From Candidatus Multivorans sp. (lineage in GTDB: Bacteria > Acidobacteriota > Thermoanaerobaculia > Multivoradales > Multivoraceae): 64,000 bases of DNA. The DNA lies in assembly GCA_965247095.1 (NCBI GenBank), contig OZ251997.1, positions 1,088,001 to 1,152,000 of the forward strand, written 5' to 3'. The position numbers were made by a program, and so were the translations under genes. Below the pieces are notes generated by a model that was not told the DNA's origin, searched no databases, and saw nothing but the letters and a program-made list of their open reading frames with translations. Shown here one piece after another: positions 19,734 to 29,046 of this stretch (its first letter is position 1; every line of letters begins with the position of its first letter).

Positions 19734-22172
19734 TCAGGTGCGCACGCCGAGGAACAGGTAGAGCGCCAGCGTCCCGAACAGCGCGTTCGGGCTCCAGGCC
19801 GCGATCAGGGGGGGCAACGCCTCCGACTGGCCGAGGGTCACGAACACGCTGATCACGGTGTAGTACACGATTCCGAGCATGATCGAGATGCCGATTCCGT
19901 AGAGCGCTCCCTGGCGGCCGAGCCGGAAGGCGAAGGGCAGTGCAACAAGGCCCATGACCAGGCAGACGACGGGCAGCGCGGTCTTGTTGTGGAGCTGCAT
20001 CTGAAGGTCCGGCACGGAGTTACCGGCTGCCATCAGGTCCCGGACGTGCCGCCTGAGTTCCCGACGGTTCATCTGGTCGGCGTACTTGACCTCGGTGTCG
20101 AAGAACTCGGGTTCCTCGGGTAGATCGACGGGCTGAGGTCCCGCGAACCGGCTGCTGTTGGTGGTCGTGAGACCGTCGAACTCGCGGACCCAGGCGTCGA
20201 GCAACTGCCAATCGCCGGTCTCCGCTTCGTTGCCCGGCACATACCGGGCCGCGGCGGCGTACAGGCGTCCGATCAACCGGTGTTCGGGGTCGAAGCGGAA
20301 CACCTGCAGGCGCTGCAGGGTCTGGCGGTCGGCATCGTAGTGGCGGTAGTTGTATATGTAGCCGCCGCCGGTGTCGTCCTGGGCGTAGCGCCACTGGCGA
20401 TCGGCGCTGTGGTAGCTCTTGATCGGTCCCGCATTGCCTCGGATCCGGTCTTTCAACTCGGCGACCTTGGCGTTGGAAGCCGGCAGCACCGAGTTCTCAA
20501 GGGCCGCGCTGAGCAGGGCGATTCCGGCCGCCGCGACCAGGGCCGGCATCGCCAGCCGGAACAGGCTGAAGCCAAGGGCCTTGGCGGCCACGACCTCATT
20601 GCGCTGCGAAAGGAGGCCGAAAGTGACCAGAGTGGTCACCAGGACGAGGACCGGCGCCACGTCGTAGAAGATCTGCAGCGAAAGATAGGGGTAGTAGACC
20701 GCGAAGACGCTCGATGGGACGTCGTTCTCGAACATCTCGTCGATGAGCTGGGTGAAGTCCGACACGATGTAAATGGCGAGAGCCGCGAGGACCGTAATCA
20801 CGAAGACCCGCACGAAGACGCCGAAGATGTAGCGGTCCATGACACCCGGGAAACGAAAGCTGAACGGTTCGATCCGCAACCGCAGCCGGGGCCGGGCGGG
20901 GGCGCCGCCCAACGCGAGCGACTGGGTCTGAGCACGCGCGAGACGATCCTCGAGCGCACGCTTCCGGCGGCCCCTGACCTTCCTCCGTCTGCCGAGACGC
21001 AGAATTCGCCGCCAGATGTGCTCCCGCAGGTAGCGGTCGACCGCGCCGATCATCAGGCTCTTGTCCCGGTTTCTGCGCCAGAGCAGAAACGTGCCGAGAA
21101 CGAGGAGGAGGATGTTTGGCGCCCACATCGCCAGCCAGGGCGGGATCTGCCCGTTCACGGCCGCTTCCTCTCCGTTGCCCAGCATGACGTAGTAGAAGAG
21201 GAACATCGTGACCGAGATCAGGAAGCCCGAGGACCGGCCGCTGCGGCGGTTCCGGAAGCCGAGGGGAATCCCGTAGAGGCCGAACACGAGGCAGGCGCCC
21301 GGGATCGCGAACTTCTTGTGGATCTCGACCAGGGCCTTGTTGCGCTCGTCGTCGGCAAGCCCGGGTTCTTCGGCGCGCTCGACCAACTCCGAAAGCGTCA
21401 TCGAGCGCACGCCCTTGGCCAGCACCAGCCCCTCGTTGTGGCGCAACAGGCTGTCCTCAATCACGATGTTCGCATCCCGGAGGCGCTGCAGCCGGTAGGT
21501 ACTGGGATCATTCGTGTTCACCTCATGCACGTCGGCGAGACCGAACATCAGGACCGGGGGACGGCCGTTGCCAGGAGTCACGTTGATGCGCCCGGTTTCG
21601 CCTACGATGACCTGCTGTTCGGGACCTGGAACGGCGTCGGCCAGGAACACGCCGCGCCAGCCGTCCTCGTTCTCGGACGACTCGAAGACGTAGAGCACGC
21701 GCTCCTGGAGGCCGTCGTAGAACACCCTGGGCTTCACCTGCTGGTTCACACTCCGCTTCAGGATCTCCAACTGCAGTTCGCTCGTCGCCTTGTTGCCCGC
21801 CGGCAGAGTGACGGTCATCAGGTATGTGGTTACCGCGGCCAGCAGCAGACTCATGAACAGGATCGGCCGGTAGACCGAGAACAGGCTGATTCCCGAGGCC
21901 CGCATGGCAACCAGCTCGCTGTCGGCAGCCATCCGGCCGATGGCCAGCAGGATGGCGAACAGGAACGCCATCGGAATCGTCAGGACGATGATCTGCGGCA
22001 GGTTGTACGCGAGGAGTTGGAGCACGACCCGAACCTCGACGTCGCGCTCGATGATCAGTTCGGCGAACTGGAAGAGCTTCTGCAGCAGGGCGAGGAACGT
22101 GAACACGAGAAGGCCCAGGGTGAGTGGGCCAACCGTCTCGCGCACGAGGTAGCGGTCGAGGAGGCGGAACAT
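19734..22172 (-). CDS. Fused LptF-LptG LPS export permease
   Basis: Two YjgP/YjgQ modules in one ORF (LLDRYLVRE...DSELVAMRASGIS; MDRYIF...NEVVAAKALG; each ends in a W.PN motif). Confidence 0.9.
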   Translation of the reverse strand: MFRLLDRYLVRETVGPLTLGLLVFTFLALLQKLFQFAELIIERDVEVRVVLQLLAYNLPQIIVLTIPMAFLFAILLAIGRMAADSELVAMRASGISLFSVYRPILFMSLLLAAVTTYLMTVTLPAGNKATSELQLEILKRSVNQQVKPRVFYDGLQERVLYVFESSENEDGWRGVFLADAVPGPEQQVIVGETGRINVTPGNGRPPVLMFGLADVHEVNTNDPSTYRLQRLRDANIVIEDSLLRHNEGLVLAKGVRSMTLSELVERAEEPGLADDERNKALVEIHKKFAIPGACLVFGLYGIPLGFRNRRSGRSSGFLISVTMFLFYYVMLGNGEEAAVNGQIPPWLAMWAPNILLLVLGTFLLWRRNRDKSLMIGAVDRYLREHIWRRILRLGRRRKVRGRRKRALEDRLARAQTQSLALGGAPARPRLRLRIEPFSFRFPGVMDRYIFGVFVRVFVITVLAALAIYIVSDFTQLIDEMFENDVPSSVFAVYYPYLSLQIFYDVAPVLVLVTTLVTFGLLSQRNEVVAAKALGFSLFRLAMPALVAAAGIALLSAALENSVLPASNAKVAELKDRIRGNAGPIKSYHSADRQWRYAQDDTGGGYIYNYRHYDADRQTLQRLQVFRFDPEHRLIGRLYAAAARYVPGNEAETGDWQLLDAWVREFDGLTTTNSSRFAGPQPVDLPEEPEFFDTEVKYADQMNRRELRRHVRDLMAAGNSVPDLQMQLHNKTALPVVCLVMGLVALPFAFRLGRQGALYGIGISIMLGIVYYTVISVFVTLGQSEALPPLIAAWSPNALFGTLALYLFLGVRT

Positions 22173-22281
22173 CGTGATCTCCGAGTCGATTCGGACCGAT
22201 CGGAGCGCGTTAGGGGCAGCCTGGCCGGGGATGCCACGAGCCTGGCCTTCCGCGGTTGTTGCTTGGCGCCTTGGTGAATGG

Positions 22282-22309
22282 AGTTGACATAATGGACATT
22301 ATCAGACCT
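22282..22309 (-). other. dif site (XerC/XerD chromosome-dimer resolution site)
   Basis: Minus strand AGGTCTGATAA-TGTCCA-TTATGTCAACT: 11+6+11 architecture, ATAA-N6-TTAT core, XerD arm close to E. coli TTATGTTAAAT; intergenic and AT-rich. Confidence 0.88.
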
Positions 22310-22386
22310 GAGATACGGCAGCGCGCGACGGGATCGAGCGTCGCCGCGAACCTTCGGGGCCCCGCGTCAAAGCTGACATAGCCTGC

Positions 22387-23226
22387 CTAGAAGGTCGCCG
22401 TCGTGTCCCGTTGGCGCCGGAGCGCCGCGAGCAGTTCCTCAAGGGCCCGGATCAGATCGTCCTCCTCGACGACGCTCTGGCGGAAGCTCAGGGAGACGCT
22501 GTAGCGCTCGTCCGGCGCCTGGAAGCGGAATACATGCGGCTTCGCGCCTGCCGCGCCACCGTCGGTCGACTCCTCGGCCTCCTTCGGGCTCGCGTCCTGT
22601 TGTCGGTCGGATTGACGCGCGCGCACTTCAGTGCGCACATCGGCTCGTTTGAGACCGAGGTCGGCAATGCGCTCAAGCATCTCGATCATCTCGCTCTCCG
22701 AACCCAGCTTCAGGACCTCCAGGAGAATCGACTTCCTCGCCGAGACACCCAGCGCGAGCGCCCTGTCGCGCACGGCCCGGGGCAATTTCAGCAGGGCCAG
22801 GGACTCGGTCACACTGACCCGGGAGCGGCCGAGCGCCGCGGCGACCTGTTCGTGGGTGCAGCCGTGCTCCTCGACCAGCGCGCTCAGGCCGTCAGCCTCC
22901 TCGAATGGGGTCAGGTCGACCCGTTGGAGGTTCTCGACCAGCGCGATCTCGAGCGCCTCGCTGCGAGTGACATCCATCTCGATCAACGGAATCTCGTTGA
23001 CTCCGGCCTGTTGGGCGGCGCGAAAGCGGCGCTCGCCGGAAATGATCCGGTACCGCTGCTCTCCGGCGCCGCCCAGGTCCGCTCGAGGTAGCGGCCGGGC
23101 CAGGATGGGTTCCAGGACGCCCTTGGTGCGGATGGAAGCGGTCAGCTCCTCCAGGCCTTCCAGTTGCTGCCTGGGCTGATCGGGGTCCGGCTCGATCCGG
23201 GAAAGAGGGACCATTCGGATGTTCAT
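22387..23226 (-). CDS. ParB/Spo0J-family protein (no adjacent parA)
   Basis: PDQPRQ, GVLEPIL, CTP-binding box [34 protein letters not shown]. Confidence 0.9.
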   Translation of the reverse strand: MNIRMVPLSRIEPDPDQPRQQLEGLEELTASIRTKGVLEPILARPLPRADLGGAGEQRYRIISGERRFRAAQQAGVNEIPLIEMDVTRSEALEIALVENLQRVDLTPFEEADGLSALVEEHGCTHEQVAAALGRSRVSVTESLALLKLPRAVRDRALALGVSARKSILLEVLKLGSESEMIEMLERIADLGLKRADVRTEVRARQSDRQQDASPKEAEESTDGGAAGAKPHVFRFQAPDERYSVSLSFRQSVVEEDDLIRALEELLAALRRQRDTTATF

Positions 23227-23239
23227 CGACCGCGCCCTG

Positions 23240-23827
23240 TTACATCTCGTACTTGCCAAGTGCCTTCGGATCGAGCTCTTCGAGCCACTCCTTCATCTTC
23301 TGTTCGTCCATGCCGGCCGCGGGCGCTTCGGTTGCCTCGCCCTCCGTCGTCTGCTGCCTGACGCGGGCGAGATCGGCCACCGACTGCCGCACGAAGAGCG
23401 GCGCGCCGGCACGGAGAGCGAGTGCGATCGCGTCGCTCGGCCGTGCGTCGAGGAGACGATGCTCGCCGCTCCGCTCGACGAGTTCGACCACCGCCAGGAA
23501 GGTGTTGCCCTCGATCGCCCGCACGACGACCTCGATCACCTCGGCCCCGACCAGGTCGAGCGCGTTCTTCAGCAGGTCATGGGTCATCGGCCGGCCCGGA
23601 TCCTTGCCCTCGATGGCGAGTTGAATCGCTCCAGCTTCGAAGATACCGATCCAGATCGGGACGACCGAGCTCTCGTTCGCGTCCTTCTCGTGCAGGCGCA
23701 GAATCACAATCGGCTGGTTCGAGTTCGGCTCCATCATGAGGCCGTGGACCTCTGCCGGGATCTTCCGATCCACCGTGTCCTCCCGGGCCGCCGGGACCCT
23801 GCCGCCGTCCGTCGCCATTCCCGGCAT
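23240..23827 (-). CDS. Bifunctional nuclease family protein (DUF151)
   Basis: PIWIGIFEA, RPMTHDLL, DARPSDAIALALR; start uncertain. Confidence 0.9.
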   Translation of the reverse strand: MPGMATDGGRVPAAREDTVDRKIPAEVHGLMMEPNSNQPIVILRLHEKDANESSVVPIWIGIFEAGAIQLAIEGKDPGRPMTHDLLKNALDLVGAEVIEVVVRAIEGNTFLAVVELVERSGEHRLLDARPSDAIALALRAGAPLFVRQSVADLARVRQQTTEGEATEAPAAGMDEQKMKEWLEELDPKALGKYEM

Positions 23828-23828
23828 C

Positions 23829-25160
23829 CTACGCCAGTCGCCCGAGCAGAGAATGGTCGTAGGCCTCCAGAGTCCGGATGCGCGTCAATGTCCCCGCCTT
23901 GACCGGCGCCCCTTCGACCGGGAAGTGGACGATCCGGTGACAGTCCGTTCGCCCGGCCTGGTAGCCCGGGCGCCGGCTCCAGCCGGTGACCAGGAGGTCG
24001 AACTTCCTTCCCACCAGCCCCTCGTTCAGCTCGCGCTGGATCACCGACTGGGCCGCGAATACGCGCTGGAGCCGCTCGTCGGCAACTTCCCGGGGAACCT
24101 CGCCCGCGGCGGGCAACCGGATCGCGGCCGTATTCGGTCTGGGGCTGTACTTGAACGCGAACATGGAGGCGAAACGGACCGTCTCGATCAGATCGAGGGT
24201 GCGCTGAAAGTCCTCCTCGGTCTCGCCCGGAAAGCCGACGATCAGATCGGTGGACAGGGCCAACCCGCCGCGGGCGGCGCGCAGCCGATCGACCAGGCCG
24301 AGGTACTCCTCCACCGTATAGCCGCGTCCCATACGCCGCAGAACCCGGTTCGAGCCCGACTGAACCGGCAGGTGCAGGTAGGGCGAGATGTTGTCGTGGG
24401 TGGCGACGGCCGCGATCATCGCGTCGGTGAAATCGCGCGGGTAGGAGGTCACGAAACGCAGCCGCTTCAGCCCTGGCAGCACGGCCGCCGCGTTCAGCAG
24501 ATCGGCGAAGTCCAGAGCCCGGCCGCTTCCCAGGGGCGGCGCCGGCTCGCGCCAGTGGTTCACGGTCTGGCCGAGCAGCTCCACTTCGAGGAAACCGTAT
24601 TCGAGAAGATGCTCGATCTCGCTCAGGATCTCCGCCATCGGCCGGCACCGCTCCGGTCCTCGAGTGTTCGGCACAACGCAGAATGTGCAGCGCTTGTTGC
24701 AGCCCTCGATGATCGTGACCATCCCCTTGTGGACGCTGTCCCGGCTGATGGCCTCGAAGTCGTACGGCCGCTGCTCGGGAAACCCGACCGCCAGGACGCG
24801 CTCGCCGCGCCGGCTGCGCTTGAGAACGGACCCGATTTCGCCGACCCGGCCGGTGCCGACGACGAAGTCGATGTCGGGGTTGCGCCGCAGGGCCTCCTCG
24901 CCCTCCTGCTGCGCGACGCAGCCGCAGAAGCCGATTCGGAGGTTCGTCCGTTCGCGCTTCAGCAGCCGGTACTGCCCCAATCGGGAGTAGGACTTCTGAG
25001 CGGCCTTCTCGCGCACGGAGCACGAGTTCAGAAGGATCAGGTCCGCCTGCTTCAACTCGCGCGTCGGCACGAGGCCCTGCTGCATCAACTGGCCGGCCAT
25101 GCGCTGGCTGTCCAGCTCGTTCATCTGGCAGCCCCAGGTCTCGATGTAGAAGCGCTCCAC
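23829..25160 (-). CDS. miaB: tRNA-i6A37 methylthiotransferase
   Basis: ETWGCQMN, NSCSVREKA, radical-SAM CNKRCTFC, HLPVQSGS, TDLIVGFPGET, TRAM-like C-terminus. Confidence 0.95.
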   Translation of the reverse strand: MERFYIETWGCQMNELDSQRMAGQLMQQGLVPTRELKQADLILLNSCSVREKAAQKSYSRLGQYRLLKRERTNLRIGFCGCVAQQEGEEALRRNPDIDFVVGTGRVGEIGSVLKRSRRGERVLAVGFPEQRPYDFEAISRDSVHKGMVTIIEGCNKRCTFCVVPNTRGPERCRPMAEILSEIEHLLEYGFLEVELLGQTVNHWREPAPPLGSGRALDFADLLNAAAVLPGLKRLRFVTSYPRDFTDAMIAAVATHDNISPYLHLPVQSGSNRVLRRMGRGYTVEEYLGLVDRLRAARGGLALSTDLIVGFPGETEEDFQRTLDLIETVRFASMFAFKYSPRPNTAAIRLPAAGEVPREVADERLQRVFAAQSVIQRELNEGLVGRKFDLLVTGWSRRPGYQAGRTDCHRIVHFPVEGAPVKAGTLTRIRTLEAYDHSLLGRLA

Positions 25161-25174
25161 GGCGATGGAGACTA

Positions 25175-26971
25175 CTACCCTGTCCGGGCCGGCGCCCGCC
25201 GGTGCACGACGGGCGCGCCGGCTGCGGCGAGCAGGCCCTCGACCTCGTCCGCCGTCGACGCAGTGACACACCGGCGCGCGAGTTCCTCGGCGTCGCAGAT
25301 ATCGAGCGAACGCACGACCTCCTTGACGCCGGGAAGGCTCCGGGGACTCATCGAGAGTTGCCGCAACCCTAGTCCGAGCATGAGCGGCACGTACTCCGGG
25401 TTCGCCGCCATCTCGCCGCACAGGGCGACTGGAACCCGCTGCCTCCGGCCCGCCTCCACAACGAGTTGAATCATGCTCAGGACGGCGGGATGCATGGGTT
25501 GATAGAGGTCCGCCACGTGTTCGTTCGTCCGATCGACCGCCAGCGTGTACTGGATCAGGTCGTTTGTGCCAATGGAGAGAAAGTCGACTTCGGCCGCGAG
25601 CTGGCGGGCGATCATCACCGCGGCCGGCACTTCCACCATGGCGCCCAGCTCCACGTCCCGCTGGTACTCGGCGCCCTCGGCCTCGAGTTCGGCGCAAACG
25701 TCGTCGCAGAGACGGCGCAACGCCCGGATCTCATCGACCGTGGTCACCATCGGGGCCATGATGCGCAGGTTGCCGAAGGGCGCGGCGCGGAACAGGGCGC
25801 GCAACTGGACACGGAACACATCCACGCGCGCCAGGGTCAGCCGAATGCCGCGCTGACCCAGAACCGGGTTCTCCTCGTCCTGCGGCACGAGGCCGCGCGC
25901 CACCTTGCCGCCGCCGAGGTCGAGGGTCCGCACCACGACCGGTTGGGGCGCCAGGGTCTCCAGGAGCTGCCGGATCACGGCCACGTGCTCTTCCTCAGAT
26001 GGCAGCTCGGGGCTCTTCTCGAGATACAGGAACTCGCTTCGGTAGAGGCCGATACCGGAGGCGCCGAACCGCCGCACGTCGTCGAGTTCCTCGGGCAACT
26101 CCACGTTGGCCAGCAGCTCGACCTCCGCCCCGTCGACGGTTCGGGCCGGAAGATCTCTTCTGGCCGCGGTCGACTGCGCCTCCTCGTTGCGCCGCCGCCG
26201 GCGCTGAAGGCTGCGGTACTGATCGAGCATCTCCGGCGTGGGATGGAGAGTGAGGCGTCCCTCTTCCCCGTCCACGATCACGGGGTCATCGTCGGCAACG
26301 CGGTTCGTGATGTCCACGATGCCGGTCACCAACGGTACGTCCAGCGCACGCGCCACGATGGCGGTGTGCGAGTTGGCGCCGCCGACTTCGATCGCGAATC
26401 CCACCGCCCCGCGGCGCCCCAGGCGCAGCACTTCGTCCGGTGTCAGCTCATGACTGACAACGACCACGTTGCGGTCGAAGTTCTCACCGACACCCGGCGA
26501 AGATCGCTTCCCCGCCAGTGCCCGGAGCAGGTAGCGGGTGACGTCGCGAAGGTCCTCGCCCCGCTCGCGCAGGTGCTGGCTCTTGACCTGGGCGAACTTC
26601 TCGCCGAGATCGTCGGCCACCGCCTGCACCGCCCACTCCGCATTGACCCGATCGCTGCGGATCATCTGATCGATGCGGCGGGCGAAGGACGAGTCCCGCA
26701 GGATCACCGAGTGAGCATGGAAGATGGAGGCCAGGTCGCTGCCGAAGGTCTCGGCGATCCGGCTTTCGGTGGCCTCGAGTTCCGCCTCCACAGTGCGTAC
26801 GGCCGCACCGAAGCGCTCGACCTCGCGGTCCAGGCCGCCCCTCCGGATCGTCACCCGCAGCACCTCGACGCCGTGGCCGCGAAGGCAGACCGCGGGGCCG
26901 ATGGCGACTCCCGGCGCGGCGGCAGCGCCCTGAAGGGCCTCCTGCGGTTTCGTGTTGTCCGGCCGGCTCAT
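25175..26971 (-). CDS. ptsI: PTS enzyme I (PEP-protein phosphotransferase)
   Basis: GGANSHTAIVAR, GIGLYRSEFLY, RTLDLGG, SIGTNDLIQY, CGEMA. Confidence 0.94.
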   Translation of the reverse strand: MSRPDNTKPQEALQGAAAAPGVAIGPAVCLRGHGVEVLRVTIRRGGLDREVERFGAAVRTVEAELEATESRIAETFGSDLASIFHAHSVILRDSSFARRIDQMIRSDRVNAEWAVQAVADDLGEKFAQVKSQHLRERGEDLRDVTRYLLRALAGKRSSPGVGENFDRNVVVVSHELTPDEVLRLGRRGAVGFAIEVGGANSHTAIVARALDVPLVTGIVDITNRVADDDPVIVDGEEGRLTLHPTPEMLDQYRSLQRRRRRNEEAQSTAARRDLPARTVDGAEVELLANVELPEELDDVRRFGASGIGLYRSEFLYLEKSPELPSEEEHVAVIRQLLETLAPQPVVVRTLDLGGGKVARGLVPQDEENPVLGQRGIRLTLARVDVFRVQLRALFRAAPFGNLRIMAPMVTTVDEIRALRRLCDDVCAELEAEGAEYQRDVELGAMVEVPAAVMIARQLAAEVDFLSIGTNDLIQYTLAVDRTNEHVADLYQPMHPAVLSMIQLVVEAGRRQRVPVALCGEMAANPEYVPLMLGLGLRQLSMSPRSLPGVKEVVRSLDICDAEELARRCVTASTADEVEGLLAAAGAPVVHRRAPARTG

Positions 26972-27237
26972 GAGTCCTCGCCGAACCGGGTCTCGATCAG
27001 GTCGCATACCGCCGTCATCGCGGCCTGCTCGTCCTCACCCAGGCAGCGCACGGTCAACCTGGCGCCCCGTCCGGCCCCCAGGAGCAGGACGCCGAGGATG
27101 CTCCGCGCCTCGGTTTCGCGGCCGTTGGCACGCAACACCACGTCGGACCGGAACTGCTTTGCCGTCTGCACCAACCTGGCGGCCGCGCGCGCGTGCAGCC
27201 CCAGCTCGTTGACAACCTCGACCTCGCGTTCCATCAC
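26968..27237 (-). CDS. ptsH: Phosphocarrier HPr/NPr
   Basis: GLHARAA (His15) and ARSILG (Ser46 equivalent). Confidence 0.93.
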   Translation of the reverse strand: MMEREVEVVNELGLHARAAARLVQTAKQFRSDVVLRANGRETEARSILGVLLLGAGRGARLTVRCLGEDEQAAMTAVCDLIETRFGEDS

Positions 27238-27665
27238 TTCGACTGCTGCGGACTGCCGCTCGCGGCGAGCTGAATGCTCTTGCGTCCATTGCTCCAGATC
27301 CAGTCCGCCAGGTCCGGCAGGTCGAGATCCGGCGCTTCGCAGCAGAGGCTGAGCACCATCGGCAGGTTGACCCCGGTCACGACCGCGGCGTTCGCTACTC
27401 CCGACGCTCGCAGCGCGCTGTTGGAGGGCGTGTCACCGAACATCTCGGTCAGGATCAGAACGCCCGCTCCGTGCTCCTCGTCAAGCCCCCGGACTTTGGC
27501 TTCAATCAGGTCCGCTGCCTCGGCGGCGTCGACGAGCCAGTCGATGCAGAGCGCGTAGACCGGTATCGGACACGTGTCCCGATCCTGGCCGGAGATAGCG
27601 CGCGCGGAGTCGAGCAGTCGCTGGGCGAGTTCACCATGCGAAACGATGAGCACGGGGACGGTCAC
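27234..27665 (-). CDS. PTS EIIA mannose/fructose-type component
   Basis: IVSHG, LTEMFGDTPSN, VTGVNLPM. Confidence 0.88.
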   Translation of the reverse strand: MTVPVLIVSHGELAQRLLDSARAISGQDRDTCPIPVYALCIDWLVDAAEAADLIEAKVRGLDEEHGAGVLILTEMFGDTPSNSALRASGVANAAVVTGVNLPMVLSLCCEAPDLDLPDLADWIWSNGRKSIQLAASGSPQQSK

Positions 27666-28558
27666 GAGACGTTCGCCGCCCGCGACCGGTGGCGCTCCAC
27701 GTCCCGGTGCTGCAAACGGATCTGCCAGGCGTCGGCGGCGAGCCGGTCCGCCACGGCTTCCGAGATCGCGACCGACCGGTGCCGCCCGCCGGTGCAACCG
27801 ATCCCGACGGTCAGGTAGCTACGGTTCTCGTCCCGGAACCTCGGCAGGAGATAGGCCAGAAGACCCTCGAGCCGGTCGACCAGTTCGCCGAAAGCCTCGT
27901 GTCCGTGCAGGAACTCCTGGACCGCGCGGTGGGTCCCGGATTTCTCCCGCAGTTCGGCGACGAAGTACGGATTCGGCAGAAACCGGACATCGAACATCAG
28001 ATCGACGCCCGCAGGGACACCGAACTTGAAGCCGAAGCTGACGATGTTGACGGTCAGACCGCCCGCATCACTCGAGCCGAACTCGTTGTAAATCGCGGCA
28101 CGGAGTTCATGGATCGTCGAGTCCGTGGTGTCGAACACGCGCGAGGCGCGCCCCCGCAGTTCCAGGAGCATCTTCCGTTCGCGCCGAATGCCGTCGATCA
28201 CGCGCTCCCCCTCGCCCGTCAGGGGGTGCCGACGCCGCGTCTCCGAGTACCTCCTGACCAGCACGTCGTCGGAGCTGTCGAGAAAGATGAGCACCGGCTC
28301 GACCAGGCCCGGATCCGCTTCGTCGAGCAGGCGCGGCAGTTCCTCCGCCAGGCCGGGAGTGCGCAGGTCCGTGACCAGAACGATCGCCTCGAGCTCCGGC
28401 GCGGCGGCAGCCGGCTCGCGGACGAGGTGCCTCAGCAGAGGCAGAGGCAGGTTGTCGATGCAGTGATGACCCAGGTCCTCGAAGCATCGGGCAACCGTGC
28501 TCTTGCCCGACCCTGAAAGGCCGGTGATCACGAACAGACGGACCGGCGGCTCAGACAC
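27662..28558 (-). CDS. rapZ: RNase adapter RapZ (YhbJ/YvcJ P-loop protein)
   Basis: GLSGSGKS, IDNLP, YSETRRRHPL, SFGFKFG, DVRFLPNP, GCTGGRHRSV. Confidence 0.95.
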   Translation of the reverse strand: MSEPPVRLFVITGLSGSGKSTVARCFEDLGHHCIDNLPLPLLRHLVREPAAAAPELEAIVLVTDLRTPGLAEELPRLLDEADPGLVEPVLIFLDSSDDVLVRRYSETRRRHPLTGEGERVIDGIRRERKMLLELRGRASRVFDTTDSTIHELRAAIYNEFGSSDAGGLTVNIVSFGFKFGVPAGVDLMFDVRFLPNPYFVAELREKSGTHRAVQEFLHGHEAFGELVDRLEGLLAYLLPRFRDENRSYLTVGIGCTGGRHRSVAISEAVADRLAADAWQIRLQHRDVERHRSRAANVS

Positions 28559-29006
28559 GCCCGTTGGCGCGCAGCAGCTCGTAGATCTCCTGCGGCTTGG
28601 ACACCCTGCGCAGGCGCTCCCGGCCGCCGTTGCTCACCCACTCGGAAATGGCTGCCAGGGCCTTGAGGTGACGGCCGGCGCTCTCCCGGGGCGAAAGCAG
28701 AACGAAGAAGAACCGGACCGGAACGCCGTCATCGGCGCCGTAGTCGACACCGCGCTTCGACACCGCTACAGCCAGCACGATGTCCCGCAAACCGCGGATC
28801 CGTCCGTGCGGGATCGCCATGCCACCGCCCACGGCCGTCGAGCCCAACTCCTCCCGCTCCTGCAGGGCGGCGAGGACCGCATCCGAGTCGGAGAGGCCGA
28901 GTACACGGCAGATTCGCTCTGTAAGAATTCGCAGCGCGTCGTCGCGGCTCTTCGCCTCGACATCGGAGAAGATCAGTTGCGGCTTCGCCAGACTTGCCAG
29001 ATCCAT
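28551..29006 (-). CDS. ptsN: PTS EIIA(Ntr)
   Basis: REELGSTAVGGGMAIPHGR, HLKALAAIS; follows rpoN. Confidence 0.88.
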   Translation of the reverse strand: MDLASLAKPQLIFSDVEAKSRDDALRILTERICRVLGLSDSDAVLAALQEREELGSTAVGGGMAIPHGRIRGLRDIVLAVAVSKRGVDYGADDGVPVRFFFVLLSPRESAGRHLKALAAISEWVSNGGRERLRRVSKPQEIYELLRANGRV

Positions 29007-29046
29007 CTTGGTTCGGCGGCCTCCCCTTTGCCCCGTAGCTGCTGTC

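Noticed and set aside
22284-22315. TTGACA as a plus-strand sigma70 -35
   Set aside because: No -10 at the proper spacing and no plus-strand gene downstream; better explained as the XerD arm of dif
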